50,168 nucleotides of DNA from an uncultured archaeon. GTDB lineage: Archaea > Asgardarchaeota > Lokiarchaeia > Sigyniarchaeales > SOKP01. The notes beneath the pieces were generated by a model. The model searched no databases. It was not told where the DNA came from and was given only the letters and a program-made list of their open reading frames with translations. Position 1 is the first letter of the stretch. Each line of letters begins with the position of its first letter. This document shows positions 18,192 through 27,954 of this stretch, in pieces. The position numbers and the translations under genes were made by a program. The stretch is taken from assembly GCA_964583985.1 (NCBI GenBank), contig CAZOYD010000022.1:1-50168 (forward strand). The letters are read 5' to 3'.

Positions 18192-18821
18192 TCATTTTAT
18201 AATAACATCATATTTCTTTAAATCATCAATAAGTTTTTCAGTATAATAAAAATGTATTCCATTAATACCCAGAGATCGCGCAATTAATACATTTTTCTTC
18301 ACATCATCAATTAGTATTGCCTCGGACGGTTCACATTCGAGATGTTTGAGTAATTCCTCGTAAAATTCTATATCGTTTTTGTTTTCTTGATAATCAAAAC
18401 TAAACACGGTGTCATCAAAGTATCTCAAAAAACCGCACTTTTCTTCCAAATATTCAACACGTTCTCTAACATTTCCACTAAAAATCAGTAATCTATAGTT
18501 TTTTTTTAAAATTTTTAGAAGTTCTTCTATTCCATAATGAATACAATAAGAACCAAACCAAATATAACGAGCATGCTTTTTCTCCTTTTTATTAATCCCC
18601 AACTTTGAAAATAATCGTTCTTCAAATTCATCAATGGTTATTAATCCCTTTCGTATTAAATACCCCTCTGTATTCGGTCTATCGCTAAAAATTTCCCGAA
18701 GTAATGTTTCATCTTCAATATTATAAAGTTCTTTAATCTTTTCTATTGCTAAAATAGTACCCGAAGTGAAAAATACACCACCTAGATCAAATACTATTGT
18801 TTTTATATTATATTCGGTCAT
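18192..18821 (-). CDS. HAD-superfamily phosphatase (YihX/HAD-IA-like)
   Basis: FDLGGV motif I; LIDDVKKNV...A...GI.GIHF motif IV. Confidence 0.88.
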   Translation of the reverse strand: MTEYNIKTIVFDLGGVFFTSGTILAIEKIKELYNIEDETLLREIFSDRPNTEGYLIRKGLITIDEFEERLFSKLGINKKEKKHARYIWFGSYCIHYGIEELLKILKKNYRLLIFSGNVRERVEYLEEKCGFLRYFDDTVFSFDYQENKNDIEFYEELLKHLECEPSEAILIDDVKKNVLIARSLGINGIHFYYTEKLIDDLKKYDVIIK

Positions 18822-18908
18822 AATTTCTTTCAAAAGAAATATTAATTCAATTTTTTTTAGATTATAAGCTAAAAAAAAAAAGCATTACAATTAACTTTAG
18901 TTTATTTT

Positions 18909-20255
18909 TCAGCTACACTGTTCTAAAATCCAATCTCCGATGAGTTTTAATGCAACAGGAGAAATAGTTTCTTCTATATTGGAATATTCACTTATTGCAC
19001 CCGTTTGAGTCGTCTGAAATAAATGATTTAAATTTGGTAATTCTCTGACCTTATAGTTCTTATTACCTCTTTCTTTCAGTTCTTTTTCAATTGTTTCTAA
19101 ATTCTCTTTAAATGGAACTTGAAGATCTTTTTCTCCATTGATCGCTAATATAGGGCATTTTACATTTCTTAATGCCTCTCGCGGATCATACGATAGAAAA
19201 TCACGGAACCAAGGGGATATCATGAAATTGATTTGAGCATCAATAGATCCTTGTGAAAATATTGGTAAATTTTGACTCTTCATTTTTTCTAACGCTCCAG
19301 AAACAACCTTTTCTAACTTTAATTTTGCTTTATCGTTATTCTTCTCTTCTTTTATGATAGAAAATAGCTCCTTTTGTAAAGAAGTTTCTTGAGATATTAA
19401 TTCTTCGCTTAATTTCTCAGCTCTACCAATTAATTCAGCTTGTTTATATAATATTTCTTCTAATAGCACACCGGGTCCTGCCATTAATACAAGAAACGCA
19501 ACATCAGAAGTTAAAGAAGCAACTAAAGGAGCAATAATTCCTCCTTCACTATGACCTATTAATCCAATCATTCTTTCATTAATTTCTTTACGTTTCTTTA
19601 AAAAGTTTATTCCAGATATAACATCACTAGCAAAATCATTAATTGTGGATTCTAGATAATTACCAGAAGTCCCTCCAATCCCTCTATCATCCACTCTTAA
19701 AACCTCAATTCCGCGCCTAGTAAGATAATCCGCTATGATAAGGAAAGGACGATGTCCAAATACAGTTTCATCTCGATCTAAAGCACCAGAGCCCGAAATG
19801 AGGATGACAACTGGAAAGCTATTCCCTTCCTTGGGATAAGTTAAGGTACCAGCCAAAGTAATATTCGCTTTTTCATTTTTATAAGTTACTTGCTCTTCAT
19901 TATAGGGATAAGGTTTATGAGGTTCTTGAGGGCGTTTTATTTCAACTTCTTTTGATCTCTTTTCTAAAATAACATCAAATACTTGTCCTCCTTGATACCA
20001 CTTACCGGGAATTGTTTTAGAGGATTTTTGATATTCTCCCTCAAATTTTCCTCCTATACTACTAAATTCAATTTGAAGGTGATTATCTCTAAATTCCATG
20101 ATGTTTGCAGCTATTTTTCGCTCTTGACTAGATAGGCTTACACCAAGATTTTCCTTATTCTCTTTTTTAATAATAAACGTCAAAGGCACTTTTACAGTTC
20201 CTACTGTGAGATTACCTTGCCAATTTCCTACAATCTCGCTACTATCTTCAGTCAT
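18909..20255 (-). CDS. Alpha/beta-hydrolase (peptidase S9/S15-like) with N-terminal beta domain
   Basis: LAGTLTYP, ISGSG, DDRGIG, GHSEGG nucleophile elbow, GEKDLQV, LNHLFQ. Confidence 0.88.
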   Translation of the reverse strand: MTEDSSEIVGNWQGNLTVGTVKVPLTFIIKKENKENLGVSLSSQERKIAANIMEFRDNHLQIEFSSIGGKFEGEYQKSSKTIPGKWYQGGQVFDVILEKRSKEVEIKRPQEPHKPYPYNEEQVTYKNEKANITLAGTLTYPKEGNSFPVVILISGSGALDRDETVFGHRPFLIIADYLTRRGIEVLRVDDRGIGGTSGNYLESTINDFASDVISGINFLKKRKEINERMIGLIGHSEGGIIAPLVASLTSDVAFLVLMAGPGVLLEEILYKQAELIGRAEKLSEELISQETSLQKELFSIIKEEKNNDKAKLKLEKVVSGALEKMKSQNLPIFSQGSIDAQINFMISPWFRDFLSYDPREALRNVKCPILAINGEKDLQVPFKENLETIEKELKERGNKNYKVRELPNLNHLFQTTQTGAISEYSNIEETISPVALKLIGDWILEQCS

Positions 20256-20332
20256 AAAGAAAATACTCTAACTTAAATTATTATACTTTCGTCTTATAAA
20301 GCATAATAGTTAACAATCTTTTTGACTATAAA

Positions 20333-20595
20333 AATGAACAAATGGAGATTATGAAGAAAAAGGGATTAGGCGAGATTCCAGATATCTTAGATGAAAAACC
20401 GATCATTCTCTTAATCATATCTGCTCAAAAGCGAATATGATCATTTTTAGACAAAATCAGGACAAAATCAGAGATAATGAAGATACATGGAATAGTTTTA
20501 AAAAGTTTTATGAAGCGAACAGAGAAATTGAGATGAGGGATATACCTCATTTAGAATCATTCATAAAAGAGACATTTCCTATAGAACTATCTTAA
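20333..20595 (+). pseudogene. Decayed C-terminal remnant of a Lokiarchaeia-type TPR/longin-like protein
   Basis: Reads NEQMEIMKKKGLGEIPDILDEKPIILLII-SAQKRI*SFLDKI, then an 11-nt duplication GACAAAATCAG (20450-20471) shifts the frame, then RDNEDTWNSFKKFYEANREIEMRDIPHLESFIKETFPIELS*. Family assignment is from recollection of Loki TPR-protein C-termini. Confidence 0.5.
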
Positions 20596-20666
20596 AAACA
20601 ATTAGATTTAATTTTAAAAGTAGCTTATAATCTGTTTATTAAGTCAAATAAAACTATACTTTTAAT

Positions 20667-20774
20667 ATGAAATCTTCTAAACTCAACCATTTCACAATGG
20701 TAGAACAGCTATTTAATGATGGTGAATTCGATAATGCCTACCAAATTCTAATTTTTTTTTTATTTGTAAAATAA
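20667..20774 (+). pseudogene. Truncated N-terminus of a TPR-like protein (35 aa)
   Basis: MKSSKLNHFTMVEQLFNDGEFDNAYQIL is a typical first TPR helix pair; it ends in a T10 run and a stop. Confidence 0.4.
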
Positions 20775-20845
20775 CCATAAATAAGAGCTTGTCCTAGTTC
20801 AATATCAACAACATGAGATAGGTTTTTAAGTTACTAAGTCACTAG

Positions 20846-21136
20846 GTGATCATGGCAACAATTAAATTTGACAGACAAGATGAATTAGATGAGATTATTG
20901 CACGTATCTACTTAGATACAAATAAAAAATTCACAAAAAAAGAACTCTTGGAAATTATTTTTGAGTTAGGAATTCAGGACTATCATGCTTTGCTTAATAA
21001 GATAAATAATATGGAGAAATCTGATTCAAAAGATCTGAGGGCTCAATTCATTAACCAGTTCTCGGGATCCCTTTCTGTTTCAAAGCCTGATGAAATAAAT
21101 CCAAAATCAATATGGGAGAAAGAAGTAGAGGATTAG
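20846..21136 (+). CDS. Putative antitoxin (VapB-like DNA-binding protein)
   Basis: 96 aa; ends 1 nt before a PIN-domain gene; N-terminal MATIKF strand plus helices; acidic tail. Confidence 0.65.
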   Translation: MIMATIKFDRQDELDEIIARIYLDTNKKFTKKELLEIIFELGIQDYHALLNKINNMEKSDSKDLRAQFINQFSGSLSVSKPDEINPKSIWEKEVED

Positions 21137-21137
21137 C

Positions 21138-21572
21138 ATGACAAAATTTTTTCTCGATACTAATATATTATGGTGGTATTTCGTCAAGAATTCTAAAAAC
21201 CACCAACCAATAAAATCATATCTGGATAAACTTATCTTAGATGCTCAAAATTCTTTTATAATAAATGAATTTGTCATGATTGAATTGTTTCATTTACTTA
21301 TTAAAAAAAAAGGGAATGAAGGTTTTAAAATAGCAACATTGCTATTAAATGAAAGATATCCGTTTATAGAATTTAAGTATGATTTACTACATATTTCTGA
21401 TTTAAATAGTGTATTACAAATTTTATATGAGTATGGGAAGAATAGTTCGATTGGTGGGAGAGACTCAACAATTATCTATTCCATGAATCGCCATAAAGTT
21501 AAAGACATCATTACAAATGATAAAGGATTTGAAAAGGTAGAGTTAATCACTGTTCACAACCCTTTAAATTGA
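21138..21572 (+). CDS. vapC: PIN-domain toxin (VapC family)
   Basis: FLDTNIL, VMIELF, RDSTI, IITNDKGF: the conserved PIN acidic residues. Confidence 0.88.
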   Translation: MTKFFLDTNILWWYFVKNSKNHQPIKSYLDKLILDAQNSFIINEFVMIELFHLLIKKKGNEGFKIATLLLNERYPFIEFKYDLLHISDLNSVLQILYEYGKNSSIGGRDSTIIYSMNRHKVKDIITNDKGFEKVELITVHNPLN

Positions 21573-21759
21573 ATTCTCTGTTCACAACAGAGAAAAAAAA
21601 TGGGCTCTTCCTTCTTAATGTTATAAAAGAATGGTAAAACCATGAATTGGTGGGGATAATTCATAAATTGCATGCCCCGATTAGGTATATTATTTTTTAA
21701 TTGTAATTCTTGTTACTAACTTTTATTACATGGTAGAAAAACTTTTTTGATTTCCAGAA

Positions 21760-22290
21760 TTACATGGGTAAATCGATTAATTCTTCTTCAATAACACTAT
21801 TTATCTCTATTTCTTGTTTATTGTTATTCAAGATTCTTACTTGATCCTTTACTTTCCCTTTTTCTAATCCCAATTTTAATTCTAAAGGGAAATCTGAAAT
21901 CTAATTGTTTAAAATCATTAAAACTAAATAGTTTCGTTCCAATTTCAAATATTTTCCGGATTCAAAACTATTAGTAAAACTAATCTTTTCAATATTAGCG
22001 GTCATAATTATGCCTTTTATATCATTCTTATTTTCAATAAGAATAACTTTTACGTGAATATCGTCTTGTCCGTACACTTTTGTTCCTAATTTAACAAGTT
22101 GTATTAAAGCGTTCATATTTTTATTCCGTGGTCTAGTTAAAATGGTTAATTCGCGTCCTTTTTCTAACTCTTGGATTAACTTTTAGAATATTTTTGTATT
22201 ATCTTGAATCCCGTAGGTACATAGAATCAACTTTCCTGCACTATTTTCAATTAAATTTAAAATAGCATTTTCTAACGATTCATATTTTGA
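21760..22290 (-). pseudogene. Disrupted phospholipase D-like (HxK) nuclease-domain gene fragment
   Basis: Minus frame reads SLENAILNLIENSAGKLILCTYGI...IF*KLIQELEKGRELTILTRP...DIHVKVILIE...GIIMTANI...SFESG, with a premature TAA at 22183-22185 and a frameshift near 21900. Confidence 0.65.
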
Positions 22291-22309
22291 CGACAATTAA
22301 AAGTGAAAA

Positions 22310-22507
22310 GTGAATTGGATAGATGATAGCTCCGATCTCAAATTCAAAAAATTTCGATATGCTAATTCACTTAGAGAGAAGAATTTGAAAAGTTTACCTT
22401 TTTCCAAAGGGGAAAAAAGGACAGATCTTTTGGAAGATATTGAGAAAACAGTATTTTTCCTTCAAAATATTATTGATAATGACGATAAAAATGATTTGGA
22501 TGAATAA
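22310..22507 (+). CDS. Short hypothetical ORF, probably a gene fragment
   Basis: 65-aa GTG-start ORF with coding-like composition; no motif recognised. Confidence 0.3.
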   Translation: MNWIDDSSDLKFKKFRYANSLREKNLKSLPFSKGEKRTDLLEDIEKTVFFLQNIIDNDDKNDLDE

Positions 22508-22625
22508 TTCAAAAATCAATTACCCATATTCTGTATATTTTTTTTAATTGTTTATACAAGTATAAGCTTTTAAAGTATTGTAGGAAAACTTTTCTGATTT
22601 GAAACATTAGAAAAATATGTAGAAT

Positions 22626-25490
22626 ATGAATGAATTCATTGTAGTTAAGGGAGCCCGAGAAAATAATTTAAAAGATATCGATGTAAAGATACCTCGTAAT
22701 AAGCTTACTGTCGTAACTGGAATAAGTGGGAGTGGAAAATCCTCATTAGTTATAAATACGCTCTACGCAGAGGGTCAGCGAAGGTTCTTAGAATCCCTTT
22801 CAAGTTATGCTCGCCAATTCTTAGGGGAGATGGATAAACCAGATGTAGATTCGATAGAAGGATTATCACCTGCTATAGCAATTGAGCAAAAAGCTCTATC
22901 AAAAAATCCACGAAGTACTGTGGGTACTGTTACTGAGATTTATGATTATTATCGTTTACTATTTGCTAATATAGGCATACCCCATTGTCCTAATTGTGGG
23001 AAACAAATTAAACCACAAACTCCTCAACAGATTATCAATCAATTAATGGAAATAATCCCAGAAAATGAAAAATTCCTCATTAAAGCTCCTGTAATACGAG
23101 ATAGAAAGGGAGAATATAAAGATTTACTTCAAGATCTTAAAAAGAAAGGATTTTTGCGTGTAGAAGTTGATGGAATTCAATATACCCTTGATGAAGATAT
23201 CACCATGGATAAAAACGTGAAACACACCATTAGTGTAATCGTTGATAGGTTGGTAATGTCGAAAGAAGACATTCGTACTCGTTTAGCGGATTCAATAGAA
23301 AAAGCACTTGATTTAACAGAAGGTATCGTATCAGTTGAGATATTAAACGGAGAGGAAAGTATTTATTCAGAACATCTTGCTTGTGTTGATTGTGGGATAT
23401 CTTTTCCTCAATTGGACCATAAAATGTTCTCCTTCAACATACCGCATGGGAGTTGTAAATACTGCAGTGGATTGGGTACAGTAATGGAATTTGATTCTAG
23501 TTTAGTTTTGGGGAATGATATGAATGTTCCAATCCAAGAAACACCAATTAGGAATATCCCTGGATTTGGTACATTGACAGCATATTCCTGGCAGATGTTG
23601 GAACAAGTGGCTAAACATTATGGATTTGATACTGACATAACCCCCATCAATGAGATCGATCCTGAAAAAATTCAGAAATTGCTTTATGGATCTGATGATG
23701 AACAAATCGAATTTCATTTTGAAAAAGATAATGAGAATTCCAAATATGATAATAGTAATAACGGAGTCATGTGGCAATATTCAAGGACCTTTGAAGGGAT
23801 AATTCCAATGCTCCACAGAAGATACATGGAGACATCTTCAGAATGGGCCAGAGACGTGTATGAGAGTTTTATGAATCAAATTGAATGCCCGCAATGTAAT
23901 GGTCAGAGATTGAAACCTGAAAGTTTATCAGTGACTATTAAAGACATGAATATCGCAGATTTATCTACTCTATCCGTTAAAGATTCAATAGTATTTTTTA
24001 AAGAACTCACGCTTGATGAAACTGAAATGGTAATTGTAAAAGATGTATTGAAAGAAATCAATGATCGACTCTCCTTTTTAGATAACGTGGGTCTCGATTA
24101 CATAAATTTAAGTCGGCGTTCTCATACGCTTTCAGTAGGAGAAGCTGAAAGGATTAGATTGGCCACTCAGTTAGGATCAAGCCTCGTAGGGGTACTCTAT
24201 GTTTTAGATGAACCTTCCGTCGGATTACATCAAAGAGATATCTCTCGATTAATAAATATGCTCAAAAAGCTGAGAGATATGGGGAATACCGTTATTGTTG
24301 TAGAACATGATGACGAAATAATGAAAAATGCAGATCATATAATAGATTTGGGGCCATTTGCAGGAGAATTAGGTGGAGAGGTCGTGGCGGAAGGTAGTTT
24401 AAATGATATATTAAATTCAGATACTCTTACTGGTAATTATTTATCGGGGAAAAAGACGATTGATGCTCCCAAAAAAAGAAGAGCTCTAAATGGTGAGTAT
24501 TTAGAAATTAAGGGTGTTCGAGAAAATAATCTAAAAAACATTGATATAAAAATCCCTTTAAGAGTGTTTACGTGCATAACTGGCGTTTCTGGAGCGGGTA
24601 AAACAAGCTTAATCCTCGATTGTTTATACAAGGGCTTGCATAATCTCATCAATACCAGAAGTTCAAAATTAATACCGGGAGATTTTGACGAAATAATTGG
24701 GTATGAGAACATAGATAAAATTATCAATATTGACCAATCTCCTATAGGAAGGACTCCTCGTTCTGTACCAGGAACTTACACAAAATCTCTAGATGTTATA
24801 AGGGATATATTTGCACAACTTCCTGAAGCAAGAGAAAGGGGATATAAAAAAGGGAGATTTAGTTTCAATACAAAACAAGGCCAGTGCAAGAAGTGTAACG
24901 GAACGGGTTATATTCTAAAAGAGATGTACTTCTTGCCAGACGTGTACATACGTTGCGATTTATGCTTGGGAAAGAGATATAACGCTGAAACACTTGAAAT
25001 TAAATATCATCACAAGTCAATTTCCGACGTGTTGAAAATGACTTTCCATCAAGCATTAGACTTTTTTGAAAACATACCTAGCTTAAATCAAACCATAAAA
25101 ACAGTAGTCGATGTAGGTTTAGGTTATTTAGAATTAGGACAATCATCAACCACCTTAAGTGGTGGAGAATCACAAAGGATCAAAATAGCGAGAGAATTGA
25201 GAAAAACCAGTACCGGAAACACCCTTTACATCCTTGATGAACCAACAGTTGGCTTGCACGCTCATGATATAAAATCATTGCTCGCTGTTTTACAAAAAAT
25301 AGTCGAAAAAGGGAACACGGTCGTAATTATTGAGCATAACATGGATGTGATTAAATCTGCTGATTACATAATTGATCTTGGTCCCGAAGGAGGAGAAAAA
25401 GGCGGAACAGTTGTTGCAAAAGGCACGCCCGAAGAATTAATTACCGACAAGAAATCTTATACTGCCAAATATCTCAAAAAATACCTTTAA
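22626..25490 (+). CDS. uvrA: Excinuclease ABC subunit A
   Basis: GARENNLK, two Walker A motifs (GISGSGKSS, GVSGAGKTS), Zn fingers, LSGGESQRIK, LDEP. Confidence 0.98.
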   Translation: MNEFIVVKGARENNLKDIDVKIPRNKLTVVTGISGSGKSSLVINTLYAEGQRRFLESLSSYARQFLGEMDKPDVDSIEGLSPAIAIEQKALSKNPRSTVGTVTEIYDYYRLLFANIGIPHCPNCGKQIKPQTPQQIINQLMEIIPENEKFLIKAPVIRDRKGEYKDLLQDLKKKGFLRVEVDGIQYTLDEDITMDKNVKHTISVIVDRLVMSKEDIRTRLADSIEKALDLTEGIVSVEILNGEESIYSEHLACVDCGISFPQLDHKMFSFNIPHGSCKYCSGLGTVMEFDSSLVLGNDMNVPIQETPIRNIPGFGTLTAYSWQMLEQVAKHYGFDTDITPINEIDPEKIQKLLYGSDDEQIEFHFEKDNENSKYDNSNNGVMWQYSRTFEGIIPMLHRRYMETSSEWARDVYESFMNQIECPQCNGQRLKPESLSVTIKDMNIADLSTLSVKDSIVFFKELTLDETEMVIVKDVLKEINDRLSFLDNVGLDYINLSRRSHTLSVGEAERIRLATQLGSSLVGVLYVLDEPSVGLHQRDISRLINMLKKLRDMGNTVIVVEHDDEIMKNADHIIDLGPFAGELGGEVVAEGSLNDILNSDTLTGNYLSGKKTIDAPKKRRALNGEYLEIKGVRENNLKNIDIKIPLRVFTCITGVSGAGKTSLILDCLYKGLHNLINTRSSKLIPGDFDEIIGYENIDKIINIDQSPIGRTPRSVPGTYTKSLDVIRDIFAQLPEARERGYKKGRFSFNTKQGQCKKCNGTGYILKEMYFLPDVYIRCDLCLGKRYNAETLEIKYHHKSISDVLKMTFHQALDFFENIPSLNQTIKTVVDVGLGYLELGQSSTTLSGGESQRIKIARELRKTSTGNTLYILDEPTVGLHAHDIKSLLAVLQKIVEKGNTVVIIEHNMDVIKSADYIIDLGPEGGEKGGTVVAKGTPEELITDKKSYTAKYLKKYL

Positions 25491-25705
25491 TCAAGTGATT
25501 CTTTCCGTTCTTATTAATTTCATGAACTTGAATTTGAAATATGTTGGTTTAAATATTTTTATTTCAATATTTCATTGTATCCTGCTTTTTAAGTTACTGC
25601 AAGAAGAGTTCAAGAGTTTGATAGGAATTTAATATTTGAAATTAATTATTGGTAGTTTTGTATAAAATTATCAAGTTATGATATAAAATAAGATCTGATA
25701 ACTAT

Positions 25706-25921
25706 ATGCCAACTCATTATCACTGCCCTCGATGCATGTCTTTCCAAGTAAAAGAACAGGATAGAAGCATTTTCTGTCCGAGATGTAAGCTCAACTTTGA
25801 TAAAAAATTCTTAGATTTATTAGAAGATGAAGATATTTTAGCCAATGAGGAATTGAATGGTATTATCGACTTGTTTATTGAAGATACGGACGATATTAAC
25901 GATTTATCTTTAGTTCCCTAA
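25706..25921 (+). CDS. Small Zn-ribbon protein with acidic tail
   Basis: CPRC-x13-CPRC followed by a D/E-rich helix. Confidence 0.65.
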   Translation: MPTHYHCPRCMSFQVKEQDRSIFCPRCKLNFDKKFLDLLEDEDILANEELNGIIDLFIEDTDDINDLSLVP

Positions 25922-26036
25922 AGTTTATTCCTCTTTTTTTAGACTTTAATTAAGTTAAATTCTAATCCTTTGATCACTTTTTTTACCTAACATATTATGA
26001 AAACCGCATACAATCATCATGTAAGATGTTATGCAC

Positions 26037-27842
26037 ATGCCAAGCGAAAAAGAAAAAGTAATAAGGGCTCCAATAGCATGTATATTAGGGCATATCGATC
26101 ATGGAAAAACTTCGCTTCTCGATTATATTCGAGGAACCATAGTCCAACAAAGGGAAGCTGCTGGAATTACTCAACACATTGGAGCTTCCTATTTTCCAAT
26201 GGATGACATTAAAGCTTTTTTAGGAAAATCAAAACAAGAATTTGCTGACAAGGATATTAAATTACCCGGTATATTAATAGTCGATACACCCGGGCACGCT
26301 GCTTTTTTAAATTTGAGGAAACGAGGGGGCGCTGTGGCGGATATTGCCATCTTGGTCATCGATGTAACTGCTGGTACCATGCCAATCACGTGGGAATCAG
26401 TAAGAATATTACGAGAACGAAAAACTCCTTTTATAATTGCTGCAAATAAGATTGACAGAATCTCCGGTTGGAAATCCATACAGAACGCTGATTTTTTAGA
26501 CACTTATAAATCGCAGAAACAGCACGTGAAAGATTTTTTAGATGAAAAAATATTTCAAATCATAGGAAATTTTCTTGAAGAAGGATTTAAAGATTTAGAT
26601 CGTTATGATAAGATTACTGATTTTACAAAAAAAATAGCAATCGTTCCCACAAGTGCAAAAACGGGCGAAGGGATTTCCACCTTGCTAATGATTTTAATGG
26701 GTTTAGTTCAACAATACTTGACAGCAAATTTACAATTTTCAGAAGGACCCGCGAAAGGAGTGGTCTTGGAGGTAAAGAAAGAAAAAGGGCAAGGAATCAC
26801 TATGGATATCTTAATTTATGATGGCATTTTACGGAAAGGTGATGAGTTCTATGTGGGCGGATTAGAACAACCCATTAAATCAAAAGTACGAGCCATATTG
26901 CGTCCAAAACCGCTTGATGAGATCCGAGATCCTCGTCAAAAATTTGATTCTGAAGACTTTGTAAGTGCCGCTGCCGGAGTGAGAATTTTGGCTCCAAATA
27001 TCGATGATGTCGTTGCTGGATCTCCATTTAAGGTAATTAGCTCCACTTCTGAAGAAGAAAAGATTTACAATGAGATTAATGATGAAGTTCAAGCCATCCG
27101 AATTAAAACAGATAAAGCAGGAGTCGTTTTAAAAGCGGATACTCTTGGATCACTAGAAGCGTTAGAAAATCATTTCAGTTTAAGTGGTGTGAAAATCAGC
27201 ATAGCGGATGTAGGCCCTATTAAAAAAGAGGATGTTATTAATGCAAATATTGTCAAGGTTTTTGATCCCTATTCTGCTGCCGTTCTTGGTTTTAATGTTA
27301 AAATATTGCCCGAAGCACAAGAACAAGCCATCACTGATAATATTAGGATTTTTACAAACAACGTCATTTATCGATTATTAGAGGACTATATTGAGTATGC
27401 CGAAGTAAGGAAAGCTGAAGATACGGCAAGGGGTTTGAGCGAATTGATGTTACCAGCAAAACTTAAAATGCTTCCTGATTATATTTTTAGAAATTCTGAT
27501 CCTGCTGTATTTGGCGTGAAAGTGGAAGCTGGAACGCTTTTTCCGAAAGTCCCATTGGTTACTGATAAGGGAAAAAAAGTTAGGCGAATTCATCAGATTC
27601 AAGATAAAGGAAAAACGTTAGATAAGGCTGATATCGATTCTGAGGTCGCTATTTCTATTCGAGGAATTGAAATTGGTAAGGATCTGGGTAAGGATGAAAC
27701 TCTTTTTGTGGCTATCCCAGAATCACACGTGAGACAATTACTCGGAAAATTTGTAAATGAACTCACTACTGATCAAAAAGCGGCTCTTAGAGAATATATT
27801 ATACTCATGAGAAAGGTAAATCACGCCTGGTGGGGCATGTAA
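26037..27842 (+). CDS. infB: Translation initiation factor aIF5B (IF-2)
   Basis: IRAPIACILGHIDHGKT, EAAGITQHIGA, DTPGH, NKID, KADTLGSLEAL. Confidence 0.97.
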   Translation: MPSEKEKVIRAPIACILGHIDHGKTSLLDYIRGTIVQQREAAGITQHIGASYFPMDDIKAFLGKSKQEFADKDIKLPGILIVDTPGHAAFLNLRKRGGAVADIAILVIDVTAGTMPITWESVRILRERKTPFIIAANKIDRISGWKSIQNADFLDTYKSQKQHVKDFLDEKIFQIIGNFLEEGFKDLDRYDKITDFTKKIAIVPTSAKTGEGISTLLMILMGLVQQYLTANLQFSEGPAKGVVLEVKKEKGQGITMDILIYDGILRKGDEFYVGGLEQPIKSKVRAILRPKPLDEIRDPRQKFDSEDFVSAAAGVRILAPNIDDVVAGSPFKVISSTSEEEKIYNEINDEVQAIRIKTDKAGVVLKADTLGSLEALENHFSLSGVKISIADVGPIKKEDVINANIVKVFDPYSAAVLGFNVKILPEAQEQAITDNIRIFTNNVIYRLLEDYIEYAEVRKAEDTARGLSELMLPAKLKMLPDYIFRNSDPAVFGVKVEAGTLFPKVPLVTDKGKKVRRIHQIQDKGKTLDKADIDSEVAISIRGIEIGKDLGKDETLFVAIPESHVRQLLGKFVNELTTDQKAALREYIILMRKVNHAWWGM

Positions 27843-27954
27843 GCACGTGTTTATCACTCAAGGAAGTGAACCATCCAAAAAGTTATAACCAAAGGCTAAG
27901 TATTTTAATTTAACATAACATTCATCCATTCAATTCTCCCCATTATTAAATCAC

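Noticed and set aside
21642-21680. Inverted repeat ATGAATT-N9-AATTCAT with GGGG/CCCC, loosely like an IS200/IS605 end
   Set aside because: Too short and AT-rich; no tnpA/tnpB or partner end nearby.
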